Shown: piece after piece, positions 38,139 to 52,101 of the stretch
Layout: each line of letters begins with the position of its first letter
Position numbering within the stretch: position 1 is the stretch's first letter
From: Antedon mediterranea
Lineage: Eukaryota; Animalia; Echinodermata
Assembly: GCF_964355755.1 (NCBI RefSeq)
Contig: NC_092677.1
Coordinates: 24,911,175-24,975,174, forward strand
Length of the DNA: 64,000 nt
Direction of reading: 5' to 3'
Program-made: the position numbers and the translations under genes
Notes under the pieces: generated by a model
What the model saw: only the letters and a program-made list of their open reading frames with translations
The model's database searches: none
Told to the model about the DNA's origin: nothing

Positions 38139-41021
38139 CTTTAATATATCTAAAAACTCATCTGTCATCAAATTTATTAACGTCACTGCATATCCAATAT
38201 TTTATAAAAAAATTATTTCACAAAAAAGAAAATAAAAATATGATACATTGTAAATAATAACGTAATCATTAGTGGATAGTGATAGAAAGGTCAGAGCTCA
38301 AAACAACCAAATATATATATGTGTATTCTTTTATTTCTTATTCATTTTGTTTGATGTAATCTCCATTTCCAGTGATTGTTCACATAAATGAAAAAGATGA
38401 AAATATTAAGATAAAGTTTAGTTATAGAAAAATATGTGGAGGAGAGGAAAGGGGTTGTTAAAGAAGGTTAAATAAGGTGATATCAAAAATATGATATATA
38501 AACTATTTTAAATTATGTTTAAATAAGTCACTGAAGTTTTCATCCCAACCTGGTTTAACTTGACAATAAATGTACATGAATAAAATGTCATTACTATTAA
38601 ACCACGTTAGAATATTCACAACAGATAGTCTATTATGATTAACTGTATCTTTTTCAATATTTTATTTTTTTCAAGAACCATAAAAGAGATTGACTATAAG
38701 CTATGTAAGTCATTCTTATCAAACAAGGTAGATGTGTAGACATTGAGTCATCTATACAATCCTTATAATACATAAGCATTTAAAAAGCATGTGAGCTTAA
38801 AGACTAATACAGTAGGCCTATAAATATATAATCATTTTTATGAAATGTGTAAGCTTATACAGCTTTTGTATGCAGTAGAATATACATGATGACTATTCCA
38901 CTTCAGACTTTAGGATTGACTGAATGAAATTGAAAATGAGCCAAGGAACTTTTGGAACTGATGTATAAAAAGGTTTTGGCTCAAGATCACTTTTGAGTTG
39001 AGTGGCTGAGCGGTTAAAGCTGGAGCACCGTAGCAACCTACCCATAAAATTATTGCAAGTTTGAGTCTCTCTTTAACAATCAATCTGGTGTGAAACAAGT
39101 TTTACAACCTACAAAACAACCACAAAAAAGCACATTAATATACGTATACATATATATGTACAAACAACGTCCTTTACCAAACATTGATTTGTGCTTTCGG
39201 AGAAAGATAACAAATCTTTACGTTCCGCAGAGGGAATTTATTCGCTGGATCATTGCATATGTGTCTATTGTGCTCAAATGTGGCTCGTCAGCTGTGACAT
39301 TAAAAATTAAAGGGATAGTTGTTGACGAGACAAAAAACAACTTCACATATTATATTACATTAAAGGGGTGGTTTCCAGAAAAATTAGTAGCCGGAGTTAT
39401 TTATTTATTTTTAAAAAGGGCTGACACCGCATAGGTATAAAATAATTTATTGTAATAAAAAATAACAGTGATAGGCTATACCGTACACTGTGGAGGATGC
39501 ATTCCCCAACCCCATCTCTGTATCCGCACTGAACTATGTTGCTAATTAATATTATATATTAAAGTATTAAATACTTACTTAAATATTTAAACTTTTAAAC
39601 AGGTTGAAACTTGAACTTAACAAATGTATATAGTTTAACTATAATAGTAGGGCCTATGTTATATGCCGTGTTGTTTTTACATCATCAGCTCTAATACTGA
39701 TATTTCAACTTGTTTCACTCAGCCTAAGAGACTAAATACTATCTCTTGTTTTATTGTTGATGCTTATAAAGTTAATTTAAAGCCAAATGTTTAAAGTAAG
39801 TTATTACCCTTTTAACCCAAGAAGAGCTCAATTAATATGTCAATTTAACTATATGATTTAACATGAAATACAGGTATTTTTACGACTTATCTCAAATAGT
39901 TTATTAGTCCGGCTTTTGACAACAGTCTATGTTGTCACAATAACAAGAAGTGAATTATACAATCTATGTTTTAGCAAGAAGGTTACATTAAAGTTAACAT
40001 AGTTCTCAATAGAAAAATGTTCTAAGATAAAGTTATGATATCATTCTTCACTATATAATATATATAAATTTAGAATCATAGAAGACGTTCTAAACTGCCT
40101 GAAAATTAATCAATAATTTTTAAACGGTAAAGATGAGAAATTTGTGATAATGAGAAAAATTTGACAAACTAACTGGGACACATAAGTATACATACATATT
40201 TCTATGTACTGTAATTAATAATCTTTCAATGTACAACATAAAGAATGTTCAAATGTAAGGCGGCTCATGTACGGATAATTATTTTTGGCCGTTAAATGTA
40301 TTAATGCACGATAAAAGTTATCGTAAAGATGGTAAAAATTGCTCCTTCGTGATGTATAGCATCCTATTTTTGCCGACAGACAGCAAAAACATTAGTATCA
40401 TAAAACATTCATAATTAAGAATGTTTCAAGTGGATCGATCTTGCTGCATAAAGCTTTGTACTATGCACAGATTGGCACGAAGAAGGTAATTTACTCAAAA
40501 CGATAGCGTAACATCAATCAAAATCAAATTGTAGATCATGAGATGTCATGCCATAACGCCAAAAGTGTGAAACCTATCTCCTCTTATAATTATATTGGTC
40601 ATCTGGAGTTTATATGTTGAGCGTTAAGAGTGGTTTTTATCTGTCTGGTTCAGACAATGTTACATCTTAACAGACTTTTTGATCTTTACAAATATCTACT
40701 TTAAACTTTTTAGAAAGATAATCTTTTAAGTAGTTCCCAGCATGCAACATTTAAAAAAATGTTAAAGGGACAGTCGTAATATATATACATTCTTTGTTTG
40801 TCTATTGGAAGCATGTCAAATTCTATAGTATCATTTTAATATTCAGATATTTTTATTATATTATATATATTTCTATAACATTTTAAAGCATGATCTTTTT
40901 CTCTTCCCCTCTCTTGCTTATTACAGATTCTTTCTTATGATTTATTCATTTGATCAAAATTAATCTTAAACATTAAGTTTTCTTGAAATTGCAGAAATTG
41001 GGATGCGTACACTAACTTGTT

Positions 41022-41255
41022 GGAGTTGGATAGCCGAGTGGTTAGGACACTTGACTGTCATACAGATAGACCCGGGTTCAATTCCCGACAACACCTAGTC
41101 CACTCAGCTGTAAATGAGTACCTGGTTGAAAATACTAGGGAGAAAAAAGGCGGCGTGGAAAGGAACTGGCCACCCTACCACATAATGCCGAGGCTTAGTA
41201 CAATGAGCTCCTAACAGCTCATTCCCCTACGTTCAGAGAACACGGGACTCACCTT
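41022..41255 (+). mobile_element. Full-length tRNA-derived SINE with 14-bp TSD
   Basis: A box TAGCCGAGTGG, B box GGTTCAATTCC, central GTCCACTCAGCTGTAAATGAGTACCTGG, end ACTCACCTT(TAC); perfect TSD TACACTAACTTGTT at 41008-41021 and 41256-41269. Confidence 0.9.
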
Positions 41256-41985
41256 TACACTAACTTGTTCAACCATTCTTAATTTAGGAGACAGGAAAGA
41301 TATAGTTTCTATACTACCTATAATAATTAATCTATTTCAAATTTATGTTATTTCATAAATTTCTACAGTATTTAACAATACTAAACTTGTTATTTTGTCC
41401 TTAAACTTCATCCTCTCTGAGAGATACAAAATTGAAATTTAAATTTGCGAGTTCTCAATAAAAGAACGCCACTTTAATGTGTAGCATGTCAGCGACATCG
41501 TTTGAAAGAATGTTGAAAATTGATCAGATCTAAGAGTGAGAGAATCTTTATCTTAACTGTCAAGTAAAGTTTATTACCAACATGATAACGCTACAAAAAA
41601 AAATCAAATGCGAAGAAGAATTACGATTAACAATAATTCTGAAATATAAAATTTTATTTGAAGCAGTGTTTCTTGTTACATTGTTGTATAATATAGTTTT
41701 CATGGTAATAGATGACTGCTGTGCTTGAAGCAATTCTGCTAATGTTGGCCTACTTCAGGTCATGTCATGTGAATACACATCTGACGACAAACAAAGTGTT
41801 TTTGTTTCTGAACGGCCTACATCCTGATGGAAATTTGAATGTTTATGTTTTTGTATTATGTTATATGTACAATATATGTATTTAAAAGTAAGCAACATCT
41901 TTTTCTTCTTATTTTGGTAAAATAGGATAGACAGATGCCTTTGTCACACAAGCTCTTGTGAATACTGTTTCGGCGAGCTCTCATA

Positions 41986-42629
41986 GGGTATGTTCAGACT
42001 CACGGAGTTACGGTGGAGTTACCTACGCAAGGCGTACGGTAATCCATGGCGTTAAAAGCCAAGGTGTTCAGACACAACGATCAACATTCCAATGCCTTGC
42101 GTTTAAAACACTCTGATCAGGTCAAAGCAGATAGAACTATATGTATACATTCATGACAATGCATGAAAGTTTACATCGTTTACATTGTTTTTTTAATTTT
42201 TATTTATATAATGTTTACCTTCAAATATACTGATTTGTTCTTACTACTTGTAGAATTGCATTTTAATTCAAAATAATTACGTAATTGTTACATGGACAAT
42301 TATCTGATTAATTGATTTAATTTATGAAAATATCATATTACTGACGCCAACTTTACTGTTCTTTAAAATCTGAACCTGAAAATACATTTGACATAGCTAT
42401 TTCGCTGTCGTATCATAGGGTACGGGTATGTAGTTTCATTGATTAAGGTTAAAATCACTGATGCATCACTGGATTAGCGTTATGAAATCTACCCTCTCCC
42501 GCTAGAGTTATTAACGCCACTGGCGCGGAGTAACAGCTTCCTAACGCTAATCCGCGGCATGGTTCAGACACAAAAATATGTACGCCGCTTACATAACTCC
42601 ACCGTAACTCCGTGAGTCTGAACATACCC
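41986..42629. mobile_element. PIF/Harbinger-like non-autonomous element (644 bp)
   Basis: Perfect 36-bp TIR GGGTATGTTCAGACTCACGGAGTTACGGTGGAGTTA; 3-bp TSD ATA; lies just upstream of an L2-type tail at 42715-42779. Confidence 0.9.
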
Positions 42630-43661
42630 ATATAGGAGAACTGAGCGGTGTAAATGTTTCCTTTGCTTTTCTTCTTTTTTTGTGGTTATCTTAGGATATT
42701 TTATAGATCATTTTTGTGTGGAAAGCACTTAGAAACATTGTATTAGGCGCTATATAAGACTACATTATTATTATTATTTGTAACAATTGTTTATCTACAA
42801 TTGAGTAGATTCAAATCTAAAACTGGAGAGAAACATATATTTACACAATGCATTGTTACATCTGTTTCATATTGGAAGAATAGTTCTCTAGAAATAATCA
42901 AATATATAATTATTAAACCTTAAGGGCACTATAGATTGCAAGCCAATTAGTGCATGGAATTAGCTTTGCAACAAACACTGGATTAAATTTAATTTGCGCA
43001 ATGATGAAATACGTTTACGATAAGCTATTGTAAGGAAATCAATGCAATGTTCCGTGAATCAATATTTGAGAATGGAACACCAAGGGGTATCTATGGGGGG
43101 TCAGATTATTATCGTGTCTTGTAACCCCTTTTGGGCAAATTCCTGGGTTTGTCGTTGATGCTATGGATGAACAATTGGAATAAAAAAAAACGTGAAAAAG
43201 TCAAGTAATTTTAACAATAGAAACAATTTATGGTATGCAGTATTAACAATGACAGATGTTCACTTGCTGCCTTATCACACTTAGGCCTACAGAAGTTCCT
43301 GGTTGATTATTAAAAAAATGAAGATGTTATAATTATACACGGTAGCTATAACGAACCCCCCTGTAAATAATCTTGGCTACAAGCTTTGTTTTGTAGGCCT
43401 ACTGTTTTACACCGAGTAATGTACTGACCAAATTATTTATAATTCAATAAATTACGATACAACATTTTCCAAATTGATACACAATGTAAGCATGACATAT
43501 TCAATAAGTGAATAACAATTTGTAATGTTTTTTTTTAAACAGCATTCTACTTTTGATTGTTTTTGCATTCATGAGTTCATTAATCTACCTGATTGACCTT
43601 TCATTTCATTACCAGTTTCCACCTGTTTGGTCAGCTTATTTTGCTCATCTCTGAAACGTCC

Positions 43662-43930
43662 TTTCCAAGCCTGGGAGGCCTCTAGCCTGGTGCGTTCACT
43701 TGTTCATCCAATGACAATAACTTCCTAGCCTGGGAGGCCTATATACCGTGGTCAGTTAACAGCTCGTTATGGGACAGGAGAAATCCAAGCCTGGGAGGCC
43801 TCTAACCTGGTGTGTTTACTTGTTCATCAATGACAGTCACTTCCTAGCCTGGGAGTCCTATACCCTGGTCAGCTTACTGCTTGTTACAGACAGGAGACTT
43901 CCAAGCCTGGGAGGCATTACTTGTTCCATT
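43662..43930. repeat. ~120-bp tandem repeat made of two ~59-bp subunits
   Basis: TCC(A/T)AGCCTGGGAG recurs five times (~43664, 43723, 43784, 43842, 43900) with alternating spacers. Confidence 0.88.
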
Positions 43931-45302
43931 CACATAACATAATAACAAGGTACATCTTATGAAATTTTTTTTTTTCCGATTAAAGATTTTTATTAAACCA
44001 CATACATGTAAGTCATTGATATTCAATAATAATATAATGGTATGATAACAATGTAAACATATTATGGAGAAATAAATAATATCTTTGTGACTTAAACTCT
44101 TATAAATTTCAACAGAAAATGAGTCACTTTTACATTGACTGCATACAATTAATATCAAGTCATCTTTTACAGTTTCATGTGGTGTCTTTACTGGTTGGCA
44201 ATATAATTCTATAAATAATCATTTATCACTAACTATCCATAATAATTATAACAATAATATATTTTGTTTATACAGTAGAACTCTTGCTTTAGGACACAAG
44301 CGAAAGGCGGTAATGTTTTATTCGGGGACACCCCTATACGGGGAAAATGTGTTTGGTCCCGAAGTTGTCTACTACCATTCTGCAGAAAGACATTAAACGA
44401 AAGGATTGCTTGGAAAAATATAAAAAAAATTCCTGACTCAGTTATAAGCTCGTCCTGAGTATAGGCCCATCCTCAAATGTGGAAAATCCATGTTAATATA
44501 TGGCCAAACCACTTGTTGGCCCTCCAGCTCATCTTTTAAAATCCAAGGGTCTGGGCTTACTACTACAATTTGATTAACCATTCCACAGTTTGGAAATAAT
44601 TTGGCATTTCTTAATGCAAATTGATCATTGGCATAGCATGTAACACTATTACTTACATAATGTGTTTTGTGCACAGACAACTAGAAGAAACGTGTGTGCC
44701 GTCATTATAGATAAACTATCAAAATGGCCACTAACCTAATTTTCTAATACGCACACATTTATTTTATTACAGCAATGTTTATTAGCTAAGATGGCAATTT
44801 AAATTGTGTTTATGACATTTTCAGTTAATAACATTAATGTTATAACAAATGAATATGATCATTTATTGATCAATATGACTTTGTAAACTTAACAATATGA
44901 TATAAAACAGAATAACAGTAATAGCCATTTTTAAATTCCATAATGCCAAAATACTTGCTTTAATGTACAGTTTAAACATGTCATTATCATGGTTATTATT
45001 CATGTTGGCCGTTGTTATTTGCAAAGTCCATTTTTTACAAATGGTCTGAGAAAAAAAGTTACAAGAATAAAATGTTTTTCTACAAGAAAAATAATTGATG
45101 ATAGATGCATAGTTTGATTGCAATTATATAGTATAACACTCAATATATACAGCTTTAGTAGATGTGTGGCTGAGATAAAATTCAGGCCAACAATAGGGCC
45201 AGGATAAGATGTGGGTCACGATACGATGTAGTGCAACAACGATAATATCTATTAGGATGCAAGCCCATAATAAAATGTAGGGCCGGGGTTATAAGATTTG
45301 GG

Positions 45303-45636
45303 CCAGGATAAGATGCAGGATCAGGATAAGCATGGGCCCATGATAGATGTGGTCTACAATAGGATAGAGGCCTAGGATAAGAAGCAGGATCAGGATAAAC
45401 ATGGGCCCATGATAGATGTGGTCTACAATAGGATAGAGGCCTAGGATAAGAAGCAGGATCAGGATAAACATGGGCCCATGATAGATGTGGTCTACAATAG
45501 GATAGAGGCCTAGGATAAGAAGCAGGATCAGGATAAACATGGGCCCATGATAGATGTGGTCTACAATAGGATAGAGGCCTAGGATAAGAAGCAGGATCAG
45601 GATAAACATGGGCCCATGATAGATGTGGTCTACAAC
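45303..45636. repeat. 69-bp minisatellite, ~4.8 near-identical copies
   Basis: Unit CAGGATCAGGATAAACATGGGCCCATGATAGATGTGGTCTACAATAGGATAGAGGCCTAGGATAAGAAG. Confidence 0.96.
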
Positions 45637-45925
45637 AAGATACAGGCCTACGATGACAGGATGATATGTGGATACAATTCAAAAGCCCATGTCTAACGTT
45701 TGACCACACATGTAACCAAATGCGACAACTTGTTTGAAATATTTTAAAAATTGCTAACATGTTCTAGCATTTCAATGTTCAATATGATGAAGACATATCA
45801 CATCGCCTACTGGTTTAACCTACATCAAATGAACCAGGATTAACAATGTGTTATGTCATCCGATTCATACAAAGTAAAACACAGGGCTATAAATAACAGA
45901 TTACAGTAATAATCAATTTATCTAA

Positions 45926-46132
45926 AGCTTTGTTCTCACTAGTGATGTAACGCACAACCTACTCAACTTAAGGAAATGCCCTTCCAATAATTGTGTTTGA
46001 CCCTGCCTGCATGAAATCGTGAAAACCTGCGATGTTTGCAGCACTGTTGCGTCTTCGGTTTGCACTTGTGTTTATGTTTTTTTTTATACAGCACTCTACG
46101 TTGATGCGTCACAATCTAGTGGGAACCATGCT
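45926..46132. mobile_element. Harbinger-like MITE family B
   Basis: TAA|AGCTTTGTTCTCACTAG...CTAGTGGGAACCATGCT|TAA; TAA TSD. Confidence 0.75.
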
Positions 46133-46877
46133 TAACTAAACTGACTATTGTTGTGTAGTAAAATAAAAAAACAAGTATTTTAATACTTATTCTGAATTTA
46201 AATTTGTTAATAGCAACATTCTTTATACATTTGCTAATATTTTGCACAAATTAAAACTGAAAATAACAATGTATAGCTTAAAACCACCTTTGAATACAAA
46301 CAGTATTGGTCACGCATGGCTAACTCCACTAGACACTTAGAAACGTGACCCTGGAATGACGTTTTTTATATTAGACACCACTTTCTAAATATCATCGTGC
46401 TCAATATCATAATCATAGAAATATTATAGTGAACTTGTTATAAACAAACTGTCTAGTATTTTCCAGACAAATTTTACATCATTTATTCATTTGTAAATAT
46501 GTATAAAGTAATTACAATAATAACATAATTTAATAAATAAAAACTTAATATAATTTACATATTTACCTTATATAGTACCGTAATTAAATCTAATTAGTTA
46601 ATATATTCTTAGCAATATGGTATTAATATCTTTATACAGTAAAATAGATCAAACATTAATATTCAACTTTATACCATGTTTACATTAAAATTAGGTCAAG
46701 TTTTACTGGTATGGTAGTTGCTAATATACCATCTGATTCTATCTGAGCCACATAGGTGGATCCAAGGGGTTCTCAACTGTCCCCATCCCCATTTTTAGGC
46801 CTTTTCACACCCCATTTCAAAATCTCGGATCCGCCCTCTGGCCCCGGACACATAAGTTAAGTTTTCACAATTAATAA

Positions 46878-47126
46878 TTAACTTGACATAATATAATTGT
46901 GAATCACAATAGCATGTCCTTAGACAAGATAACAGGTGGATGTATTCTATGCAAATTTAAGCAGATTCTACCCATGTTCAATTAGCTTTCTTAATAAATA
47001 CCTAACTTGACATAATATAAATGTAAACCACAATATAGTATGTCCTAGACAAGATAACAGGTGGTTGTATTTTATGCAAATTTAACCATGTTCAATACCT
47101 AGCTTGACATAACATAAATGTGAACC
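46878..47126. repeat. ~124-bp tandem duplication plus partial third copy
   Basis: TAACTTGACATAATATAA...TGTCCTAGACAAGATAACAGGTGG.TGTATT.TATGCAAATTTAA repeated. Confidence 0.85.
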
Positions 47127-49799
47127 AGCGTATGCCCTTGTACAAAGGAAGTGTTTTATTACCAGGCTGTAGAACACAATGAGACTTTGAAATGTATGAC
47201 TTCATTTTTCATTAAATTTGATACAGGAAAAGTGTGCAAATGCGAAATAAAACCATCAAGGGAGGAGAAGTTCATTGACCTTTTTGCAATATCTTTTGTG
47301 CTAACAAAATGAGTTAACTTTCACCAATAAATGATAACATCTCTAACCATTTCGTAGTTTAATTAATCTCTACTAAACACACGTTTCACTTTGTTTGTTC
47401 AATAACAAGCAAACAAAGGTATTGGTTACGATTTTCAGACAACAAATAGACTGTCGTACATAGATTCTCTAATTTCTATCGGTCCGCAGGCTAAGAAGAA
47501 AATATTAATTTCCTATTGTGTTATTATTCCTCTAAGCTACTCAATATGAAATTCAATTACTGTCGATCCTTTGGGACTATTGAACGCAATTGACAACAAT
47601 TACAATCTCTTTCTGTTATCGTAAGGTTACAAAGTACTGCCGGAAATCAATTTTATGCGAGTCAAACTCAATTAAAAAGTCAACTCCATTTGCGTTTTAC
47701 CGACATTCGATTTGATTTTGATATTAGTTGATAAAACGAACACGTTTGAAGTCTCTCAACGAGACAGCCTTCAGACTTTAGTTAATTATTAAGTAATTAA
47801 TCAATTGAAATAGGCGTGGCTGATTTGGTTGGAGACCCGTTAAATTTACCTCTGCAAATGTTACTGGTACTGACCCAACTATGTTAACAAGTTGACATAC
47901 CATTGATTTCCAGTACTTCTCAGCAATTTCTTATGTCATGGGGAACTATACATGACAGAGTTTCTTTCCAGATTAAATTATAGATTTGGTTTTAATGTGT
48001 GATGAGATAAAAGCAAATATTTAATGTTTGTTTAAATGCATGTCTAGAAATAAATATTACAAGTACAGATGTTTCAAAATCGCTGTTGATACTTTCAACA
48101 CGGCATATAATAAACATTTATTTAACCTTACAACCATGTCTAGGCGAGGGATGAAGAATTAAAACATAAAAGTAGACTGTATATGCGTTAATTTCGAGGG
48201 AGCTTTGAAACAACATTCTACATGATTTGTCAAAACAGATCTATCGGCGTGGTTCAAATTGAATCTCTATTGCCGACTTCATTAAATAAGAACTTGATTT
48301 AATCTATCACACTTAATGCGTAATGAAGGCAATACAGCCATTTACTGTCTCGCAACGAAGCTAATCTTTCGTGAAATTGAGAAGTGCCAAGATGTTATAA
48401 AATCAAGCCAGAAGATGTTAAAATTCTTTCTTCAGGTTACTTTCATTATTCTTTTACTCAAATTGAACGATATAAATCGATGTCTCACTTTTTAAGATCT
48501 ATTTTAAGCATAAAAGTATATTGCAAGTGTGTAACTGTTATTAAATGAATTTGCATTCCAACTTGTACATTTACTAGCTTTCACATCATTTATTAATATT
48601 GAATGAACAGCACTATTTTGAATTTACTAGTTTAATCACAATTATATTAAATTTATATAACACGTCGATTTATCTTTTAGCGCAAAACATTTAAATGCCA
48701 TTTCTTTTCTTTTCATTTGTTATCAGACATTATTTTTATGGTTTTTGCTCGTTTAAATATAATTATTTAAGTTTCTCCAGCATACAGGATGAAAGTTCAT
48801 TCTACTTAAAATAAAAACTCATGTATTTGTTAATACATAATTGAATTACATAGAATTGAATTGATTATATAAATTGTATATATTTTTTTGTTGCTCTACC
48901 AGTATATCTAAATTTATATAAGACAAGTTTTATTTTAATATTGGTAATTTGTTACAAAGAATATTTGCGTTTTTTAATAGTTAAATAAAATTAACATATT
49001 ACAGTATACTTGTTTGAGCTTGATCAACACAAATGCTGGAATAAATTTCTTTTCTTTCATCCGTTACTATCAAACGCAATAAATCTATGTACTCACTGGT
49101 TTCCTTACATCGAAAACATATCAATAAAATTTAAATACTGGTGATAAATTAACAAAGAACTTGAATCAAAATAATAGATATACCAGTTTCTCTCTCAAAA
49201 CATAACAGTATTCTTTTGATACAATGGGTCTCGTTTACATGACAAACACAATAAACGACCTTAGCATTCATACGTTTTTTTGTTATTGATGTTTGTAGTG
49301 TGTACAGGTCATTCATACAAGTTGAATAGCGTACCAGGTCCTTGTGTATTTATAATACAACAATGAATATGTTAATTGTTACTCTAAGAACTTGTCCACA
49401 AAATAGTATAATATTTCAAAAGGATTGGTTTTTCCTTGACTTTGGACTTTAATGCGTATGATAGTACCATGAATTGTATTTTCAATCATTTCAGATCAAT
49501 AACATGGTTGGAGTTTGTTCAAAATATAAGTCTCCTACTTGTGTTTTCCCACCCAAGTAGGTGCTAACAAAAACATGTAAATTTAAAATTCAATGTTCAA
49601 GGGGAAAAAACAGATATACCATTTTATTATTGGACAATTAAACGTTGAAAATGCTGCTACGAGGCCATGGTATTAAAAATATTTCATTTTATTTATTTAT
49701 TATTTTTTAAAAACTTCATACGCATCCAACAGGAACTCACCAATAACAGAATGGATAAACTATTTAAAAATGTATCATGCTTATATTAAAACTACGGCT

Positions 49800-49942
49800 T
49801 AAGGAGTGGAGTTAAACAAATTTGTGAGTTACAACCCTGGCACTAGGTCAGGATTGAACCCTGGCACTACTAAGGTCAGGATTGAACCCTGGACCTTGGG
49901 ATTGGAAGGGGCAAGCATGTTAACCACCAAGCTACAGCTCCA
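49800..49942 (-). mobile_element. tRNA-derived SINE (family S1) 5' part with duplicated B-box segment
   Basis: Minus strand TGGAGCTGTAGCTTGGTGGTTAACATGCTTG...CCAGGGTTCAATCCTGACC, with the latter block present twice. Confidence 0.75.
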
Positions 49943-50501
49943 CTATGCAAATTATCAATTGATTTTAAATCATGCTTGATTCAGATCAAAAGAAAATGCC
50001 ATAACATTGTTTTAGATAAGGAACATATTTATATGACATAATAGTTATGATCATCAACAAGTTTACATAAATTTATTATTATTAATTGTAATAATGGAAA
50101 AGGTTAATTAGTTGATGATACAAACAGTGGGTGGTCATAAAACATGCAAGTAAAAAAAAATGTAAATATATTTAAAATTAGACTATTGTGATAAAAAGAA
50201 AATGTATCAAACATGACTTTAGGACCATAAACTTGTATTTATGACATGTGTATTTTATTGAAAAGGTAAATTGCTGGTAGGAGGCTGGACCTCGTGGGCG
50301 TTCATAAAAACAATGATCGAGATATTAATAGATTTCATTTGGAATAATATGCAAGTTTTTAGATGGCCTATACAGTATTTGAATTTGTTATTGATTGTTG
50401 GCTTCCACAAGACCTTGGAGTACAAACAGCTGATCCTACTCCAATCAATACACCTGACAAATGTTACCACTAGTCAACAACAAGATTTTAGGACGTTTCA
50501 A

Positions 50502-50825
50502 TAACTTTTATCTCATTCTTAAATTCATGTGTTTCATTGTCTGCCTGTGGAAATATTGTCATTTTTGATAATCATTAAAAAAAGATATAAATGTACCAAG
50601 ATTTTAGAACATTTCATTAACTTTTATCTCATTCTTAAATTCATGTGTTTCATTAAATATTGTCATTTTTGATAATTATTAAAAAAAGATATAAATGTAC
50701 CAAGATTTTTGAACATTTCATTAACTTTTATCTCATCAACATACATTATTAATTTCATGGGTTTTATTGTCTGCCTGTGGAAATATTGTCATTTGTAATG
50801 ATCATAATAAAGATAAAAATGTAAA
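50502..50825. repeat. ~105-116-bp tandem repeat, ~3 copies
   Basis: TAACTTTTATCTCAT...AAATATTGTCATTT...AAAGATATAAATGTACCAAGATTTT repeated at ~50502, 50618 and 50722. Confidence 0.88.
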
Positions 50826-51544
50826 ATAATGACTTTTCTCCGATTATAAAGAGTTCATTATATCCAAGGTAGTATATTGTGTTATTACCAGCACATGAAT
50901 TAGTCGTACAACATATGATCAATCCATTAACATTAAGAATTCATCAGTCAAGTTCAATTTCAATATTGTATTAAAACAATGAGAGGTGATTCCATGGGTG
51001 TTTTACCAGATGTTCTCCACCTGTGGCAGAGCCAGGAAACAACGCATTATTGTCATTGTAAAGAATCAGTGTCTAGCCCATGATGAAAAACAGATTATGT
51101 TTGTGAAGTGGAGAGATTGAAATTGGTTCGTTTTCATAATTGAACTAGAAAGGCAATCTAAAATTAGAATATACTGGTTTAAATTAAGCTTTTACATGAA
51201 ATTGGTTTCTATTTAAAAGTGAAAATAAAAACAACTAGCTCTTAGTTAATCAAGTACTGTACTGTACCTCCAAAAAAACCTGAGAAATTTAATCAAAACA
51301 AAATATTGTTATATTATAATGTTAACATTTTCCTACAGATTCATAACATTCTGATTTTTTAAAGATTTTGACAAAATGTAGTATACAGTACATAAGTTTT
51401 TTCATGTCTATAATTCTATAATAGTTCATTTTAAATTCAACAAAAAACCTTTACTTTTTATATTCACATGAACAAATTTGAAATAATTATATTATCTAAA
51501 AATAAGATTAAACCCTGCATTCAGAAACACACTTTATATTGTAA

Positions 51545-51688
51545 AGTTCTGTCCACACTATCAAACTAGTTTGACAAAAAAAAGTGTGATGTGCTCAAAT
51601 ACGGTAGTGATATACTCAATTATGGTGCCATCGTGTCAATATACGGCACATCACATTTTTTGTCGCATAAAGTTCGATAGTGTAGACA
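51545..51688 (+). mobile_element. MITE family A
   Basis: AGTTCTGTCCACACTATCAAACTAGTTTGAC...AAGTTCGATAGTGTAGACA. Confidence 0.85.
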
Positions 51689-51938
51689 AAATGTCAGATA
51701 CATTTATGATATGTTCACACACAATGGAAACTTGAAAGAAAATACAATAAAATGCGATAAAAACTTCTGTTATTAATCTTGGCCAAGGACTGGTTGGTTG
51801 AATATAATTTCCGCTTGCATCAGTACGTTCATGTCTAATGCTGCCCTCTATTTAATTCTCGCAAGACCAATTTGCTTTCGATCATTCTGAAAAATAAAAA
51901 AATGAAAAAAATATAATCAACTCTGTTGCAACCAGTAA

Positions 51939-52101
51939 TGCTTGGTTCCCACTAGGACGAAACGCAAGAAATTTGACCAATCAGTGATGGATTATCCAAA
52001 CTGTCATTGGTCAACTTACTAGTGTCCTTACATTGTGTCCGTGAGTGAGAACTCTTGAGTGGTTTGTGTGCTATAGAAATCATTATTATTATAACCAAGC
52101 T
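51939..52101. mobile_element. Harbinger-like MITE family B, with a short retroelement tail inside the right TIR
   Basis: TAA|TGCTTGGTTCCCACTAG ... GTGAGAAC [..GCTATAGAAATCATTATTATTAT] AACCAAGCT|TTA. Confidence 0.65.

Noticed and set aside
44545-44570. VSPDP peptide shared with 36660-36680, suggesting a duplicated domain
   Set aside because: Better explained as a short dispersed repeat end (GGGTCTGG...ACTA).
45182-45760. 192-aa and 106-aa repeat ORFs; CRISPR-like appearance
   Set aside because: Head-to-tail 69-bp units with no unique spacers and no cas genes, in a eukaryotic context.
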